From Scenedesmus sp. PABB004 (Eukaryota), in NCBI GenBank assembly GCA_014905635.1, contig JABVCE010000002.1, forward strand, positions 186,001 to 250,000: a stretch of DNA of 64,000 bases, in the 5' to 3' direction. The notes beneath the pieces are model-generated. The model was not told where the DNA came from. It ran no database searches and saw only the letters and a list, made by a program, of their open reading frames with translations. Position numbers and translations under genes: made by a program. Shown in pieces: positions 36,801 to 51,563 of this stretch (positions are counted from its first letter, which is position 1; each line of letters begins with the position of its first letter).

Positions 36801-36910
36801 GCGGCCGCGGCGGCTCGGGCGCGGCGCTGGCACGCGCAGCAGCGGCGCGCCGCGCGGCGCCGGCCCGGCCGGCGCACCGGCGTCTCCTGCCAGGCCACCA
36901 CGGGCCGCAT
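30829..36910 (-). CDS. IFT122: Intraflagellar transport protein 122 (IFT-A), many exons
   Basis: WD40 N-terminus ([43 protein letters not shown]), [40 protein letters not shown] and C-terminal [24 protein letters not shown]. Confidence 0.93.
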
Positions 36911-37884
36911 GGCTGCTCCACCTGCCTTCGCCTCCGCAGCCGGCCTAGCAGCGCCGCTGCCTCATCGCACGCCGGGCGGCGGCGCACGAGCAGCGCCGCC
37001 GCGCGCGGGCCCTGACCGGCGCGGCCCCGCGCCGGCAGCCGCTGCGGGGCCACGCTGCGTGACGGTGGCCGATTCTGAGCAGCGTTGACGGTCGCCCGAG
37101 CGGTGCCAGGCCCCCGGGCGCCTGCGTCGGCGCGTGAGGCGCTTGCGAGCCGCAGGCGGCGGCGTGCGGGGCGATGCCGGGACTGGCGAGGCGAGTGCGC
37201 AACGATCAAACCGCAGCACGCGTCGGCGCGACGGCAAGTCCGTCAGGGCCGCGCACCGTGCGCCGCCACCGGTCAAAGTGACGGTCGCGCGCTGCCGCTG
37301 CTGCCTCTGACGGCGCAGCTGCTGGGTCGCGCCGAGGAAGGGCGCCTCTCCGGCTGCCGGCTGCCCACGCTGCAGACCGCCGGTGCTGGGGCAGAGCAGC
37401 GGCCCGCATGTTCACGGCTCAACGCTCACGGCACGCGTCCTGCGCAAGGCAGGCAGGCAGGCAGACAGGCAGGCAGGCAGGCAGGCAGGCAGCCAGGCAC
37501 CCCACCAGACCACCACTGGATCGCCCATCCCCGCCAGCAGCACGGCGCGCGCCAGCCCGGGGCTGGACGCGGCAGTCAAGTTCAGGCGCGCGCATCTCTG
37601 CGCGGCAAGTCATGATGTACAGAACAGAGCGCGGTGAGAGTGATGGGTGGTGCATGGCAGTGTGACCAGAGCGCCGTTCGAGTCGGTCATCCCCCGGCGG
37701 CGGCGGCGGCAGCTGAGCGCGCGCCGCGCGGCCCCTCCTGCAGCGCGGCGTGCGGGCACACGTGCCGCGCAGGCCCCCTCAAGTTCTTGGCCCCCAAGCC
37801 TCCAGTTTGAAGCGGATCAGCGACAGCACAGCCTGCAGAGGGCCCCCTCCCCCTGCCCTCCCCCCAGCCCTGATCGCGGCGCGC

Positions 37885-40058
37885 TCAGATGAGCGGCGGC
37901 ATCTCATTGTCGTCGTCGTCCTCCTCCTCCTCGTCGCCGACGCCGGGCGTGTCGGGCGAGCACGCCATGAGCGTGGGCAGGACGTCGGGCCGGCCGGCGG
38001 GGCGCTGCGCGAGGGTCTGGAACGTCTCGGGCGCCGCCAGCTCGGCGATCATCGCAAGCTGCGGGGCGCGCGCGCGGCAAGGCGCGGCGCGGCGGGCAGC
38101 GTGGGCGCCGCGCCGCGCGGCCCGCGTGCAGCCCCGGCGGCGGGCCGGGCTGGGGGCGCGCGGCGCGCGGCAGCGCGCTCACCAGGTGCGACGGCAGGCA
38201 GCCGAGGTGGCTGCCCTGCGGCGGCCACGGCGCGCCGGTGGGGTCGCCGCCCTCCACGCCGCCCTCCGCGCCGCACGCGTCGGGCGCGGCGCCGTGCTGC
38301 AGCTGCAGCTCGACGGTCGTCGTCGCGCCCGGCGGCGCGTCGACGTCCATCGGCGCGCCGCCGCCGCCCCGGCCGCCCTTGTGCAGCATGGACTTGAACA
38401 TGCGCAGCAGCGTGGGCTTGCCGCCCGCGCGGCCCCCCGCCGGCAGCAGCGCGCCGTCCAGCGGCGCCGCCGCGGCGGCCGCCTCGGCGGCGACGCAGGG
38501 CCGCCGCCCGGCAGCGCCGCGCCGGCGGTGGTGCTGCAGGCGATGCGCGTCACGCCGCCGCCGCCGGGCGGCGCGGCGCCGGTAGTGACCTGGATGTTGA
38601 CCGTCGTCGACGCGCCGAGCGCGCGCTTGGGCGAGCTCACGGTGAGCGTGGCGGTGAAGTGCGCCGCCTCGCTGCTGATGCTGAAGCTCGCCGTCGCGCC
38701 GCCGCCGCCGTCGCAGCGCAGCGGGCTGCCCCCGGCGCCGCGCGGCGTCGGCGTGGACGCGGTCAGGCTGATGGCCAGCGGCGACGGCGCGCCCGGCCGC
38801 GGGCTGGGCGGCAGCGCTAGCGGCGCCGGCGGCGCCGCCGCCGCGCCGCGCCGGCCGCGCCGCGGCGACAGCAGCGCCTTGGCGGGGCTGAGGCAGGACC
38901 GCGGCCGCGCCGGGCCGCGACCGGGGCTGGCCGGCCCCGGCGCGCAGCGCTTGGGCGGCGACGGGAAGAGCGCGGCGCCCGGCGGCGGAGGCGGCGCGGC
39001 GGCGTGGGGCTCGAGCGCCTTGTGCGCGAGCAGCAGGGCCTGCACCTCGGCCTTGTAGGGCGCGGGGAAGCAGGCGTGCGTGGACAGCTGCAGGCGCGGG
39101 AGCGGGTGGGAGGGAGGGAGGGAGGGAGGGCGGCGGCGGCGCGGCGTGTCAGCGGGGCGCAGCCGGCCGGCGGCGAAGCGCAAGCAAACGCGGCGCCGAG
39201 CCGTGCGCCCTGCCCGCGCGCCCGGGCCGCGCGCGCACGCACCGACCAGGCGAGCCGCGGCGGCGGCGCCACCTCCACGGTCTGCTCCTGGGTCATGCCC
39301 ACGACCGAGGGGCGGCCGGAGAGCAGCATGCGCGTGCCGCTGCACACCTCGCGCACGATCCAGGGGTGCGTGCAGTAGGTGTGGTAGCGCTTGACGCTGC
39401 CGGGCTCGAGCACGCTGTACACGACCTGCGCGGGCGGCGGCGGCGGCGAGCGGCGAGCGGCGAGCGGCGGGGTGAGAGCGGCGCCGCGGCGCCAGCCTGG
39501 CGCGCGCCCGGCGCGGCGTGCAGCGCCGGGGTGCCGGCGCGCGCGCGCGCGCGCTGGGGGCGGGGGCGCCGCACCTCGTTGCCCTGGAAGTCGAGCCAGA
39601 GCGCGCGCACGCGGAAGGCGCTCTTGTTGGCAAACACGACCACGCTCGCCTGCTTGGAGTGGATCGACTTGAGCCGCACCGCGCACGGCTCCACCAGCGC
39701 GCCGGGCGTGTCGGGCGACTGCCACGTCGCCTGCGATTGGGGGGGGGGCAGGAGAGGGGGGCGTCAGGGGGCGGTGGGTCGGGAGGCGGCAGCCGCGGCT
39801 GCGCATGCGGGTTTGCTTGCGCGCCGCGGGGGCGGCGCGAGCCTGGCGGTGCGCCCCGCGCGGCGGCCCCCGCAAGCACCTCCTCGGTCTCGGTGGCGGG
39901 GCGCTCGCGGTACTGCAGCCGGTTGTCGACGCCCTCGAGCGGCGGCAGGCCCGGCTCGGGGTCAGGCAGGCCCGCCACGCGCCGGAGCGTCGCAGGCGCC
40001 GCCGCCGGCGCGAGGGGCGCGGGGGCTCCGGGGCGGCGGGTGCGGGCGCGGCGGCCAT
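37885..40058 (-). CDS. von Hippel-Lindau beta-domain-containing protein
   Basis: LKSIHSKQASVVVFANKSAFRVRALWLDFQGNE|VVYSVLEPGSVKRYHTYCTHPWIVRE matches the pVHL beta-domain pattern. Apparent 1-nt deletions near 40021 and 38498. Confidence 0.78.
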
Positions 40059-40682
40059 GGCGGCGAGCGGCGGCGGCGGCGGCGTGCAGCAAAAGTCGAC
40101 GGCGAGCAGCGGACCGCCGCGCGTCGGCCCCTGGCGCCCCTGGTCGCGGGCCTGGGCGGCGCGGCGCGCGGGTGCCTGCGGGAGGTGGGGAGGAGGGTGG
40201 GGCGGGCATGCGCGGGAGTGGGCGCGGGCGCGGCGGGGCGCTGCAGCACGCGGCGACCGCGCGACCGCGCCCGCGGGCGCGCAGCGGGCCCCGCGCGCGG
40301 CGGCAAGCCCGCTGAGGGCAGTTGCGGACTGCGCGGCACCCACCTGGCGGCCGGGCGCGAGCAGAAAGGGCGGGAGCAGAAAGGGCGCGCAGCTGGGCGA
40401 CCTGGACTGGCGCGTGCGGGCCGGCCGGCGTGCGCGGGCGGCTGGCGGGAGCTCAGAGTGGCGAGGGCGAGGAGCGGGGCGCGCTTAAGGCGGCCGGCGG
40501 CGGCGCGTTCAAACAATGCCGGCGGCGTTTTACCGGCGCGCGGCGCGCCCGTTCTGCGCCGCCGCCGCCGCCACCGGCAGAGGCCCGGGCCCGCGCCACC
40601 CAGCTTGCCGGGCCGGCGGCCCGACCGGCGCGCCGCCGGGCGCGACTCGCGTGCGCGTGCGCGCGCGCTGGCCGCCGCGGCC

Positions 40683-43600
40683 TCAGGTGCTCGCGCCCTC
40701 GTCGCCGCTGCCCTCCTCGCCCTCCTCATCGTCGCTGCCGCCCGAGTCGATGTCGGGCAGCGGGCCCTCGGAGTCGGAGCTCTCGCCGCCCGCAAAGCCG
40801 GGCGCCGGCTTGAGCGCGCCGAGCACGCCGCCGGCCGCCGGGCCGCTCGGGGCGGGCGCCCCGTTGGCGCCCGGCGGCTGCGCTGGCGGCGCCACGGGAG
40901 GTGGACCGCGCGCGGCGCCTCCGCCCGCCGCCGCGGCGCCTCCGTCCGCCGCCGGCGCGTCATCCTCGTCCATCTCCTCGCCGCAGTCCACGGGCCTGCC
41001 GCCGCTGCGCGCGAGGTGGTCGCCGCTGGCGTCGTCGCCGCTGGCGTCCAGCCGCGGCGCCCGCTGCTGCTGCTGCTGTTGCACCTGCTGCTGCGCCTGC
41101 TGCACCTGCTGCTGCACCTGCTGCACCTGCGGCTGCACCTGCTGCTGCACCTGCTGCGCCTGCTGCGCCGCCTGCCCCCCGGCCTGGCTCACCGGGAAGC
41201 CCATGACCACCGGCCCTGCAAGCGCGGCTGCGGCCGCGGCCGAGCTCCCGGCGCCGTCGCCAGCCTGCTGCTGCTGCTGCTGCAGCGGCTGCTGCTGCTG
41301 CGGCGCGCCCGGCGGCGCCGCGCCGCCGCGCGCGGCGGCGGCGGCGGCGGCGGCGGCCGGCGGCGGCAGGCCCGCGCGCCCGAGCGCCGCCTCGAGCGCG
41401 CCCCACATGCGCGGCCGCGGCAGCGGCGGCAGCGCCTCGAGCCCCGCAAACTGGCGCACGGCCGCAAGCGGCAGCGCGCGCGGGTGCAGCAGCGCCTCGA
41501 CCTCCACCGCCGCGGCCGCGGCCGCGCCCGCCACGGCGGGGTCGCCGTCGGCGCGGCCGGCGCGGAACAGCGCGAGCGCCTGCTCCAGGAACGGCCCACG
41601 GCTGCCGGCGCAGGGCACGAGCACCGACGCGAGCAGCGCGCGGCACGCCGCGACGCGCAGCCCGCCCAGCCCGGCGGCGCCCGCGCCGGCGCCGGCGGCC
41701 GCCGCGGCGCCGAGCGCGGGCGTCTGCTGCAGCCTCAGCGCCGCCGCCGCGGCCGTCGCGGCGGCGTGGTAGGCCACCGCGTCGGCGTGCGACCGCACCT
41801 CGGCCGGCAGCAGCTGCCCGCCGGCCTCCAGCAGCGCCGCCAGCAGTGCGAGCGCGGCGGCCGCCGCCGGCAGGTCGCGCGGCGCCGCCGCGAGCCGCGC
41901 CGCCTCGTCGCCCGCCGCGGCGGCCGCCGCGACGCTCGCGGCGGGGTCGAACGAGTCGAGCTCGTGGCCGCCCGCCGTCCTGGGGCGCTTGGCGGGGCGC
42001 TGCGCCGCGCGCGCGCCGCCCGCGCCGCCGGGCGCGGCCGCGGACGCCGCCGCCACGGCGGCGGTGGGGCCGTAGAGCTCCAGCACGACGCAGGCCATCG
42101 CCTCGCCCGCGAGCGCGCGCGCGCGCCTGCCAGGCCCGTCGCGAGCAGCAGGCGCGCGGCGGTCTCGTACACGCACGCGCGTGCCGCGGCGGGCCGCAGC
42201 GCGAGCCCGGCGCCGCCCGCCAGCTGCAGGCCGCGCAGGCCGGCGCGCGCGAGGCGCAGCAGCGCGCCCTGCAGCGGCAGCTGCCGCCCCGCGGCGTCGG
42301 CCGCGAGCTGCACGAGCCGCCAGCCTGCGAGCTGGAGCTGCGGCTGCAGCGCCAGCAGCTCCTGGTACATCGTGGCCGACCCCGCGACCCCGCCGGCCGC
42401 GACCGCCGCGGCGGCGTCAAACTGCGCGAGCCGCGCGCCGAGCTGCGCGAGCGCGTAGCCCGGCAGCGGCGCGGCCGCGCCGAACGGCCCCGTCACGAGC
42501 GCCTGCAGCGCCGACACGCACGTACCCAGCAGCAGCCGCGCGGGCAGCACGTGCCTCCGCACGCCGCTGCTGGCCGCGCCGCCATCCGCGCCGGCCGTCC
42601 CCGCCGCCGCCGCCTGCTGTGGCTGCCAGGGCAGGCTCGGCAGCCAGCCGGCGGGCGCCGCACCGCCGTCCGGGGCGCCCGGCGGCGCGAGCGCGCCGCG
42701 GGCGCGCGCGTCGGCCGGGCGGCCCTCCAGGCCCATGAGCATGTAGTCCAGCACCTCGTGGCAGCTCGCCAGCAGGCGCCGCGCGGCGTCGCTCCACGCG
42801 CCCGCGTCGCCCGGCACGGCCGGCAGCAGCGCGGCGCACGCCGAAGCCTGCGCGAGCACCTGCTGCAGCGCCGCCGCGCGGCCCGGCGGCGGCGGCGGCG
42901 CCGCCGCGCCGGCGGCCGCCGCCGTGGCGACCACCAGCTGCGGCAGCGCGCGCTCCAGCGCCGCCGCCGAGGCGCGCAGCGCGCTGGGCGTGCAGCGCAG
43001 GAGCGCGGCCAGCGCGGCGAGCGCCGCGGCGAGGCAGCCCGGCGGCAGGCCCGGCGCGCCGAGGACCGGCAGCAGCTGCTGCAGGAGCTTCGGCACCACG
43101 CCCGCGACCTCGCGCCGCACGCCCGGCAGCTCGATGTGCGCCGCGAGGCGGCCAAACAGCAGCGCCACCGCGTGCGCCGCCGCCGCCAGCAGCGCGGCCG
43201 CGCCGGGGCCGCCGTCGGCGCCGCCCGCGCACGCCGCCGCGCCGCGGCGCAGCGCCTCTGTCAGCTGCGCCGCCCACCCGCCCGTGCGCTCCAGCAGGCT
43301 GACGGCGTCGCAGGCGTGGATGCAGCCCGCCAGCAGCTGCACCGCCATCGCCTGGTCGGCGAGCTGCGCGCGGCGGCGGCGGCAGCAGCGGCAGCAGCGG
43401 TCAGGCCGGCGCCGCGGCGCGGGCGCGGGCCGTGGCGCTGCTGCCAGCAGTCTGTTGAGTTCAGCGCGTCGCGCGGGAGCTCTCGCCGCGCGACCGGGCG
43501 GGCGCTGCTGCGCGTAGCGAGCGCGACTGCGCGGCCGCGCGCCATCACTCACCGCTCCCCGAGCCACCAGGCGCGCTGCGGCGTCCAGCAGGCCCTCACA

Positions 43601-43783
43601 GGCAGCCACGGCGCTGTCCCTCTGCCCGGCGTCGCCCGCTGCGGCCGGCGCGCCGAAGAGCGGCCGCGAGAGCAGCGCGGCGAGGGCATGCCGCACGAAG
43701 GCGGCGCTCAGCGGCGGCTCCTTGCCCAGCTGCGTCCGCAGGCCCTCCAGGAGGCTGACGCACGCCGCCACGTCCGCGTCCAT
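40683..43783 (-). CDS. RIX1/PELP1-like pre-rRNA processing protein
   Basis: Long helical ARM-like region, EALLHPRALPL motif and acidic tail SDSEGPLPDIDSG, as recalled for RIX1 homologues. Apparent 2-nt slip in a (CG)n run near 42120. Confidence 0.7.
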
Positions 43784-43940
43784 TGCTGCCGCGCTGGGCG
43801 CCGCGCGCCACGCGGCGGCTGCTGCGCCCGCGCTGCCGGCGGCGGCGGCGGCTGCTGCCGGCGCTGGCTGGCTGGCGAGCTGGCTGGCTGGCTGCTCAGG
43901 GCGAGGGGCAGGCGGACTGGGCGGGGCGCACGAAAAACTG

Positions 43941-43945
43941 TTACA
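43941..43945 (-). promoter_or_regulatory. TGTAA polyadenylation signal
   Basis: TTACA on the + strand, immediately after the stop at 43950. Confidence 0.5.
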
Positions 43946-43949
43946 GCGC

Positions 43950-45701
43950 TCACGTCGTCAGGCCAAAGTGCGAGATGTGCTGCTGCGGCGGCGCGCCGCG
44001 CTTGGCCGCCGCCTCGTCGAGCGCCGGCGGCGGGCCAAACGCGAGCGCGAGGCCGCCGTCGAGCAGGAGCAGCAGCAGGTTGGCAAAGACCAGGTCGCAC
44101 ACGATGTGCCCCCGCACCGCCCACACGCCCGCGCGGTCGCGCGGCGCCAGCGCGCCCGCCGCGCCCGCGCCCGCCGCGGCGCACAGCGCGGTGCCCGCCA
44201 CGCGCACCGCGTTCTTGCCCGCGCGCAGCGCCCAGCGCCGCGCAGCGCGCGCCGCCTCGCCCGGCGGCGGGGCCGCCGCGCCGGCCGCGAGCGCGCCCAG
44301 CGCCGCGCGCAGCTGCGCGAGCTCGCCGCCGCGCGCCGCCTGCTCGGGGTGGTGCGCGAGGCACTCCGCGCCGACCAGGCGCTCGCCGGCGCCGCCGCCC
44401 GCCGGCGGCGGCGCGCCGGCGCCGGCGTGGCCCGGGCGCGGCTGCAGCGCGTGCAGCAGGCGCCGCGCCTCGTCGAGCGCGTCGTACGCGCACGCGACCA
44501 GCAGCTCCGCGCCGTACATCGGCAGGCTGGTGCGCAGCATCGTGCGCGTGTAGCCCGGCCACAGCGCCCACGCGGGCACGTCGGCGTAAAAGTGCGCCTT
44601 GCGCGCGAGGCTCTCCCTGGCGGGCGCGGGGCGGGGGTGGGCGCAGGGCGGGAGCGCGGGGGGGGGGGGGGGGGGGCGCCGCACGCGGCGGGGCGCCCGG
44701 CCGCGCCACGCCGCGCCGCGCCGCGCCGCACGCGGCGGGGCGCCCGGCCGCGCCACGCCACGCCGCGCCGCGCCGCACCGCGGGTCCTTGAGCACCTTCC
44801 ACGCGGTCCGCCTGCTCGCGCGCGCCGCGACGGCGTGCTTGATCTCACTGCGCGCGAGCGCGGTCAGCAGCTCGCGCAGGCTGTTCCAGCTCGCCTTGAC
44901 CAGCTGCTGCAGGAGGTCGGGGAACGGCGGCAGCTGCGCCTGCGTGCCCTGCTGGGCGCGGCGGCGCGGCGGCGCGGTGGCGCGTCGGCGAGCGTGTCGG
45001 CGGGCGGCACGTCGGCGCGCGCGCTGCGGCGGCTGCGGCTGCGGCGCGGCGGCGGCGGCCCCGCGGCGCGCCTGCTGCAGCGCCTGCTCCTCCGCGTCGA
45101 GGGCCTGGTAGAGCCAGATGTTGGTCTGCAGCAGGAACACCAGCCCCGAGCTGCGCCGCCGCGGCGTGGGCGGGCGCGCCGCGGTGTCGGTGGCGCGCGG
45201 CGCGCGCGCGCGCGCGCATGCGGGGCGGCCCGCCGCGCGGCCCCACTGAGCGCAGCAGGCGCCCGCGGCGCGCGCACTTTTTGAGGTAGAGCCACATCAG
45301 CTTGTGCGGCGTCAGCAGGCTCAGCGTGCTGGGCAGCGTCACGGCCGGGTAGACCTGGCGGCGCGCGCGCGGCGAGGCGCGTGGGCGGGCGGCCCGCCGC
45401 TGCCGCGGCGCCGCGCCGCTGCCGCCGCCCCGGCACGCACCTTGAGCGACGCGGTGCTGGTGTAGCCCAACGGGCAGGCGCCGCCGCCCCAGTGGCGCTT
45501 GGGGTCGGGCAGGCCCGCGGCGGGCCAGGCGTCCGCGCTGGCGGGCGGCAGCAGCATCGCGCTTGCCGCCCGGGCCAGGCCGGCCGCGGCGCTGGCGGCG
45601 AAGCCGCAGGCCGGGCCACACGCATCCTTGCCGAGGCTGGGCGACGCCCAGGCGAGCAGCTCGGGCGGGGGCGGCGCCAGGAGCGCGGCGAGGCCCGGCA
45701 T
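43950..45701 (-). CDS. Hypothetical multi-exon protein, possibly membrane-associated
   Basis: Coding-like exons (MPGLAALL..TASLK|VYPAVTLP..WLYLKK|..FLLQTNIWLYQ..|..ESLARKAHFY..HFGLTT*) with splice sites. Confidence 0.6.
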
Positions 45702-45991
45702 CGCTGCGAGCGCCCCTCTGCACGAGAGCCCGCGGCGCGCGTCAGGCCTGGCGAGCCGCGGACTGGCGAGCGGCGCAGGGGTGCCGGCGATCTGCGCCCG
45801 GAGATCCGAGCGCGCGCGCGGCGCCGAGCGCGGCGGCAGCGGCAGTGGGCGGCGCGCTGGCAGCGGCGGCGGCGGCGCGGAGCGTGCACACAAGGGAGCA
45901 GGGCGCCACCCGAACAATGTTCCCCTGCAGCACAGCTGCGCCGCCGCGCAGGCCCCGCGGACCGCCGTCGCCAGGGCTTTGCACCACGCGG

Positions 45992-48358
45992 TCAGGCGCG
46001 CTGTGCGTCGTCGCCGACGGGGATGCGGTCGCGCAGCCAGTCGAGCAGCGCGGCGGTGCCCTTCTCCAGCACGGGCCGCCGTATCGTGCGCAGCGGGTTG
46101 CCCGCCAGCGCGAGCACGCGCAGGTGCCCCGACATGAGACCCAGCGCGGGCGGTAGGCCGCCAAGGTCATTGTTGGACAGCTCGAGCTCGGTCAGCCTGC
46201 GCCCGCGCACAGCGGCTCAGCGCAGCCGCCGCTGCACCGAGCGCCGCCGCGACGGGCGCGCGTGGGCGCGCGCGCACGCACCTGGTGAGCTGCGTGACCT
46301 CGGCGGGGACGGCCGCGATGCTATTGCTTGCCAGACTCAGCTGGCGCAGCGCGCGCGCCTCGAGCACGGCGGCGGGGACGGCGGTCTGCCCCGTGCTCTG
46401 CAGCAGCAGCACCTCGAGCTGCGGCGCGCCGCTCAGCGCGCCCGGCGCCAGCTGCAGGCCGCTCGAGCCTGGCGGCGGGCGGCCGGTCGTCGGGCGGGGC
46501 GGCGGTCGTCAGGCGGCCTCGCGGCGGTGGGCGGGGCCACGTGGCGCCGTGCGCACGACTGCGGCTGCCGCGTGGCCCCGCCGGCGGCTCACCTGAGAGG
46601 TCCAGGCTTCGCAGCGCGGGGCAGCACGCGAGTGCGCCGTGCGCAAGCGGCGCGCGCCACGCGTTGCGCCGCGCCTCCAGCGTGTGAAGCGCGCCGAGCG
46701 CGCTCTGTGCGGCGCCAACAAGGGGCCACTGCCCCAGGCCGCAGCCGTTGAGGCGGAGCACACGCAGCGCAGCCAGCTGCGCCAGCGCGGCGCCGTCGAG
46801 CGCGTCGCCACCGAGCTGGTTGTCGCTCAGGTCCAGCACACCCAGGCTGGCGCCCGCCTGCCAGACCTCAGCTGGGACGCTCGTCAGGCCCTTGCCCGCC
46901 AGCACGAGCTCCCCGCCGCCGCCCCCGGCCCCGCCGCCGCCGCTGCTGCCGCGCGCCCGCGCGCCGCCGGACGAGCCGCGCTCCGCAGCGGCCACGGCCG
47001 CCGCAGCCACGGCCGCCTCGGCCTCGGCGCCGCCCGCGGAGGCGCTGCCGCCGCCGCCGGCCCTGGCGCCGCCCTCCGGCAGCTGGCTGCGGAGGTGCTG
47101 CAGCAGGGCGGAGAGCGGGCCCGCCCACAGCTCGCGCCGGATGAGGCGCAGGGGGTTGCCGTCGAGCGGCAGGCTTCGCAGCGTCGTCATGTGACCGAGC
47201 GCCGGCGGTAGGCGCGCGAGGCCGTTGTTGGTGAGATCCAGCAGCGCCAGCGGCAGCGAGCACAGCGTCTCCGGCAGCTCCTGCGCGCGGCGGCGGCGGC
47301 GGCGGCGGCGCCGGCGTCAGGCCCACACGGCGCGGCGCCCCGCCCCCCGGCCTGCCTGCGGCCGCGCCCTCGGCGCGCTCGCGCGCCCGGCGCCGCCGCG
47401 CCTTGATTTGATTGTTTCGCAGGTCCAGCGCCCTGAGCGCGGTCGCCATGCCCAGCGCCGGCGGGAGCTCGCGGATGGCGTTGAAGCCTAGACCAAGCGT
47501 CGCCAGCGACGCGGCGCGGCCGAGGCTCGCCGGCACCGCCGTCAGCCTGTTGCTCCGCGCGTCGACGCTCGCCAGCCGCGGCAGCGCGCCGAGGGCGTCG
47601 GGCAGGGCGGTCAGCAGGTTGTGGCTGACGTCCAACTCCGTGAGCGCCGTCCAGCCGGACACCAGCGCGCCAGGCAGCTCCGCCAGCGCGTTGTGCGAGA
47701 CGTTGACCGCCGCCAGGGCGCCGGCGGCGCCGAGGCCGGCGGGCAGCGCTGAGAGCTGATTGTCTGCCGCGCTCAACGCGGCGAGGGCTGGCTGCCGCGC
47801 GCCCAGCGCGTCCGGCAGCGCGGTCAGGCCGCAGCCGCTGCAGGCGAGGCTCGCGAGCGACGCGATGTACGCGACCTCGTCCGGCAGGCGGCCGAGGCGG
47901 GGGTTGGCGCTGACGTCGAGCACGCGCAGACACGCCAGCGACGCCGCGCCGGGCGGCAGCGCCGTGAGCCGGTTGTGGCTGCGCGCGCGGGCGGGCGGTG
48001 GGCGCGCGCGTGGGGCAGCGGCGGCGTGCGGGCACGGGCGCGGCCGCGCGGCCGCGGGCGCTGCCGCGCACGCGAGCAGGAGCGTCTGCAGCGCCGTGCG
48101 CGTCCACAGCTGCTCCGGGAGCGCAGAAAGCTCGTTGTGGCTGGCGTCGAGCCGCGTAAGTTCGCTGGCCTCCCACCACTTGACGCCCTCGCCGGCCGGC
48201 TCCCACACCGCCGCCGTCAGCTCGGCGAGGCCGCGGCAGCTGAGGTTGAGGGCGCCGGTGGAGTGCGACGCGGAGATGAGCCGCTCGAGCGCGCGCTCCC
48301 CGCCGCCGGGCGCGGCGACGGCGTCGGCCCCAAACGGCGGCGGTCGCCGGCGCTGCAT
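45992..48358 (-). CDS. Leucine-rich repeat protein, LRRC40-like
   Basis: GALNLSCRGL..KWWEASELTRLDASHN, many LxxLxLxxN repeats, and two GNPLR.IRR caps (end: GNPLRTIRRPVLEKGTAALLDWLRDRIP). Confidence 0.82.
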
Positions 48359-48763
48359 GTTTGAACGGCCGACCGCCGTGCGCGCGCCGGCGAGCGGGGG
48401 CCCGTCCGCCCGTCCGCTGTGGGTGTGGCGGGCGGCGGCAGCAGCTCCTGGACTCGCGCCCGCTGCCGCCGCGGGCGCTGGCGCTGGCGTGCGCGGCGGG
48501 CCTGGCGCGCGGAGCAGCGGCGGCGCGGGCGACGGGTCGCGCGCAGGTGCTGCCGGGCCGCCAGTCACAGAGTGGTGCCGATCGGGCGGCTGGAGAGAGC
48601 CGGGCGTTCGCGTCTTCACCGGGCCTTGCCCGCTCGGCTGCCCGGCGTCGTCCCCTCTGCTGCTCACTCTGCCGTCGAGCCGCCGCGCGGGCGCGTCGTG
48701 GCGCCAGAGCGTCGACCCCTGGCCCGTCTGAGCGCGCGCGCGGCCCCGAATTTGCGTGACTGA

Positions 48764-51262
<2,499 letters not shown>

Positions 51263-51374
51263 GCGAGAGGCAGGGAGCGGCGCGCGAGCGGCGGCGGGCG
51301 GGGGGCTGCGCGCGCAGCCGCCGCCGCTGGGCGACGACGAGGGGAGCGTGTGTGCACCTGGCCTGGCGGCGAGA

Positions 51375-51409
51375 GGAACCCAAAAGAACCCAAAAGAACC
51401 CAAAAGAAC
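51375..51409. repeat. (GAACCCAAAA)x3.5 tandem repeat downstream of the NTRC stop
   Basis: Direct reading of the sequence. Confidence 0.8.
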
Positions 51410-51563
51410 ACCAGCAGGGCGCAGCGGCCCTGAGACCCGCAGAGTTAATGTCCAGCGGCATCATCACGGCGCGCGGCCGCTCGCACGCTCCTCTGTGGCC
51501 ACGTGGCAGCCGCTGCCGCGCCGCACACGCCGATCGCGCAGCGTCACCCGGCAACCTTCCTCG

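Noticed and set aside
37605..37720. Possible tRNA (GTTCGAGTC) or C/D snoRNA (ATGATGT..CTGA)
   Set aside because: No cloverleaf could be built and the C box is imperfect. The region fits the 3' UTR of the VHL-domain gene.
51375..51409. Interstitial telomeric repeat
   Set aside because: The unit TTTTGGGTTC does not match TTTAGGG or TTTTAGGG, so it is a simple minisatellite.
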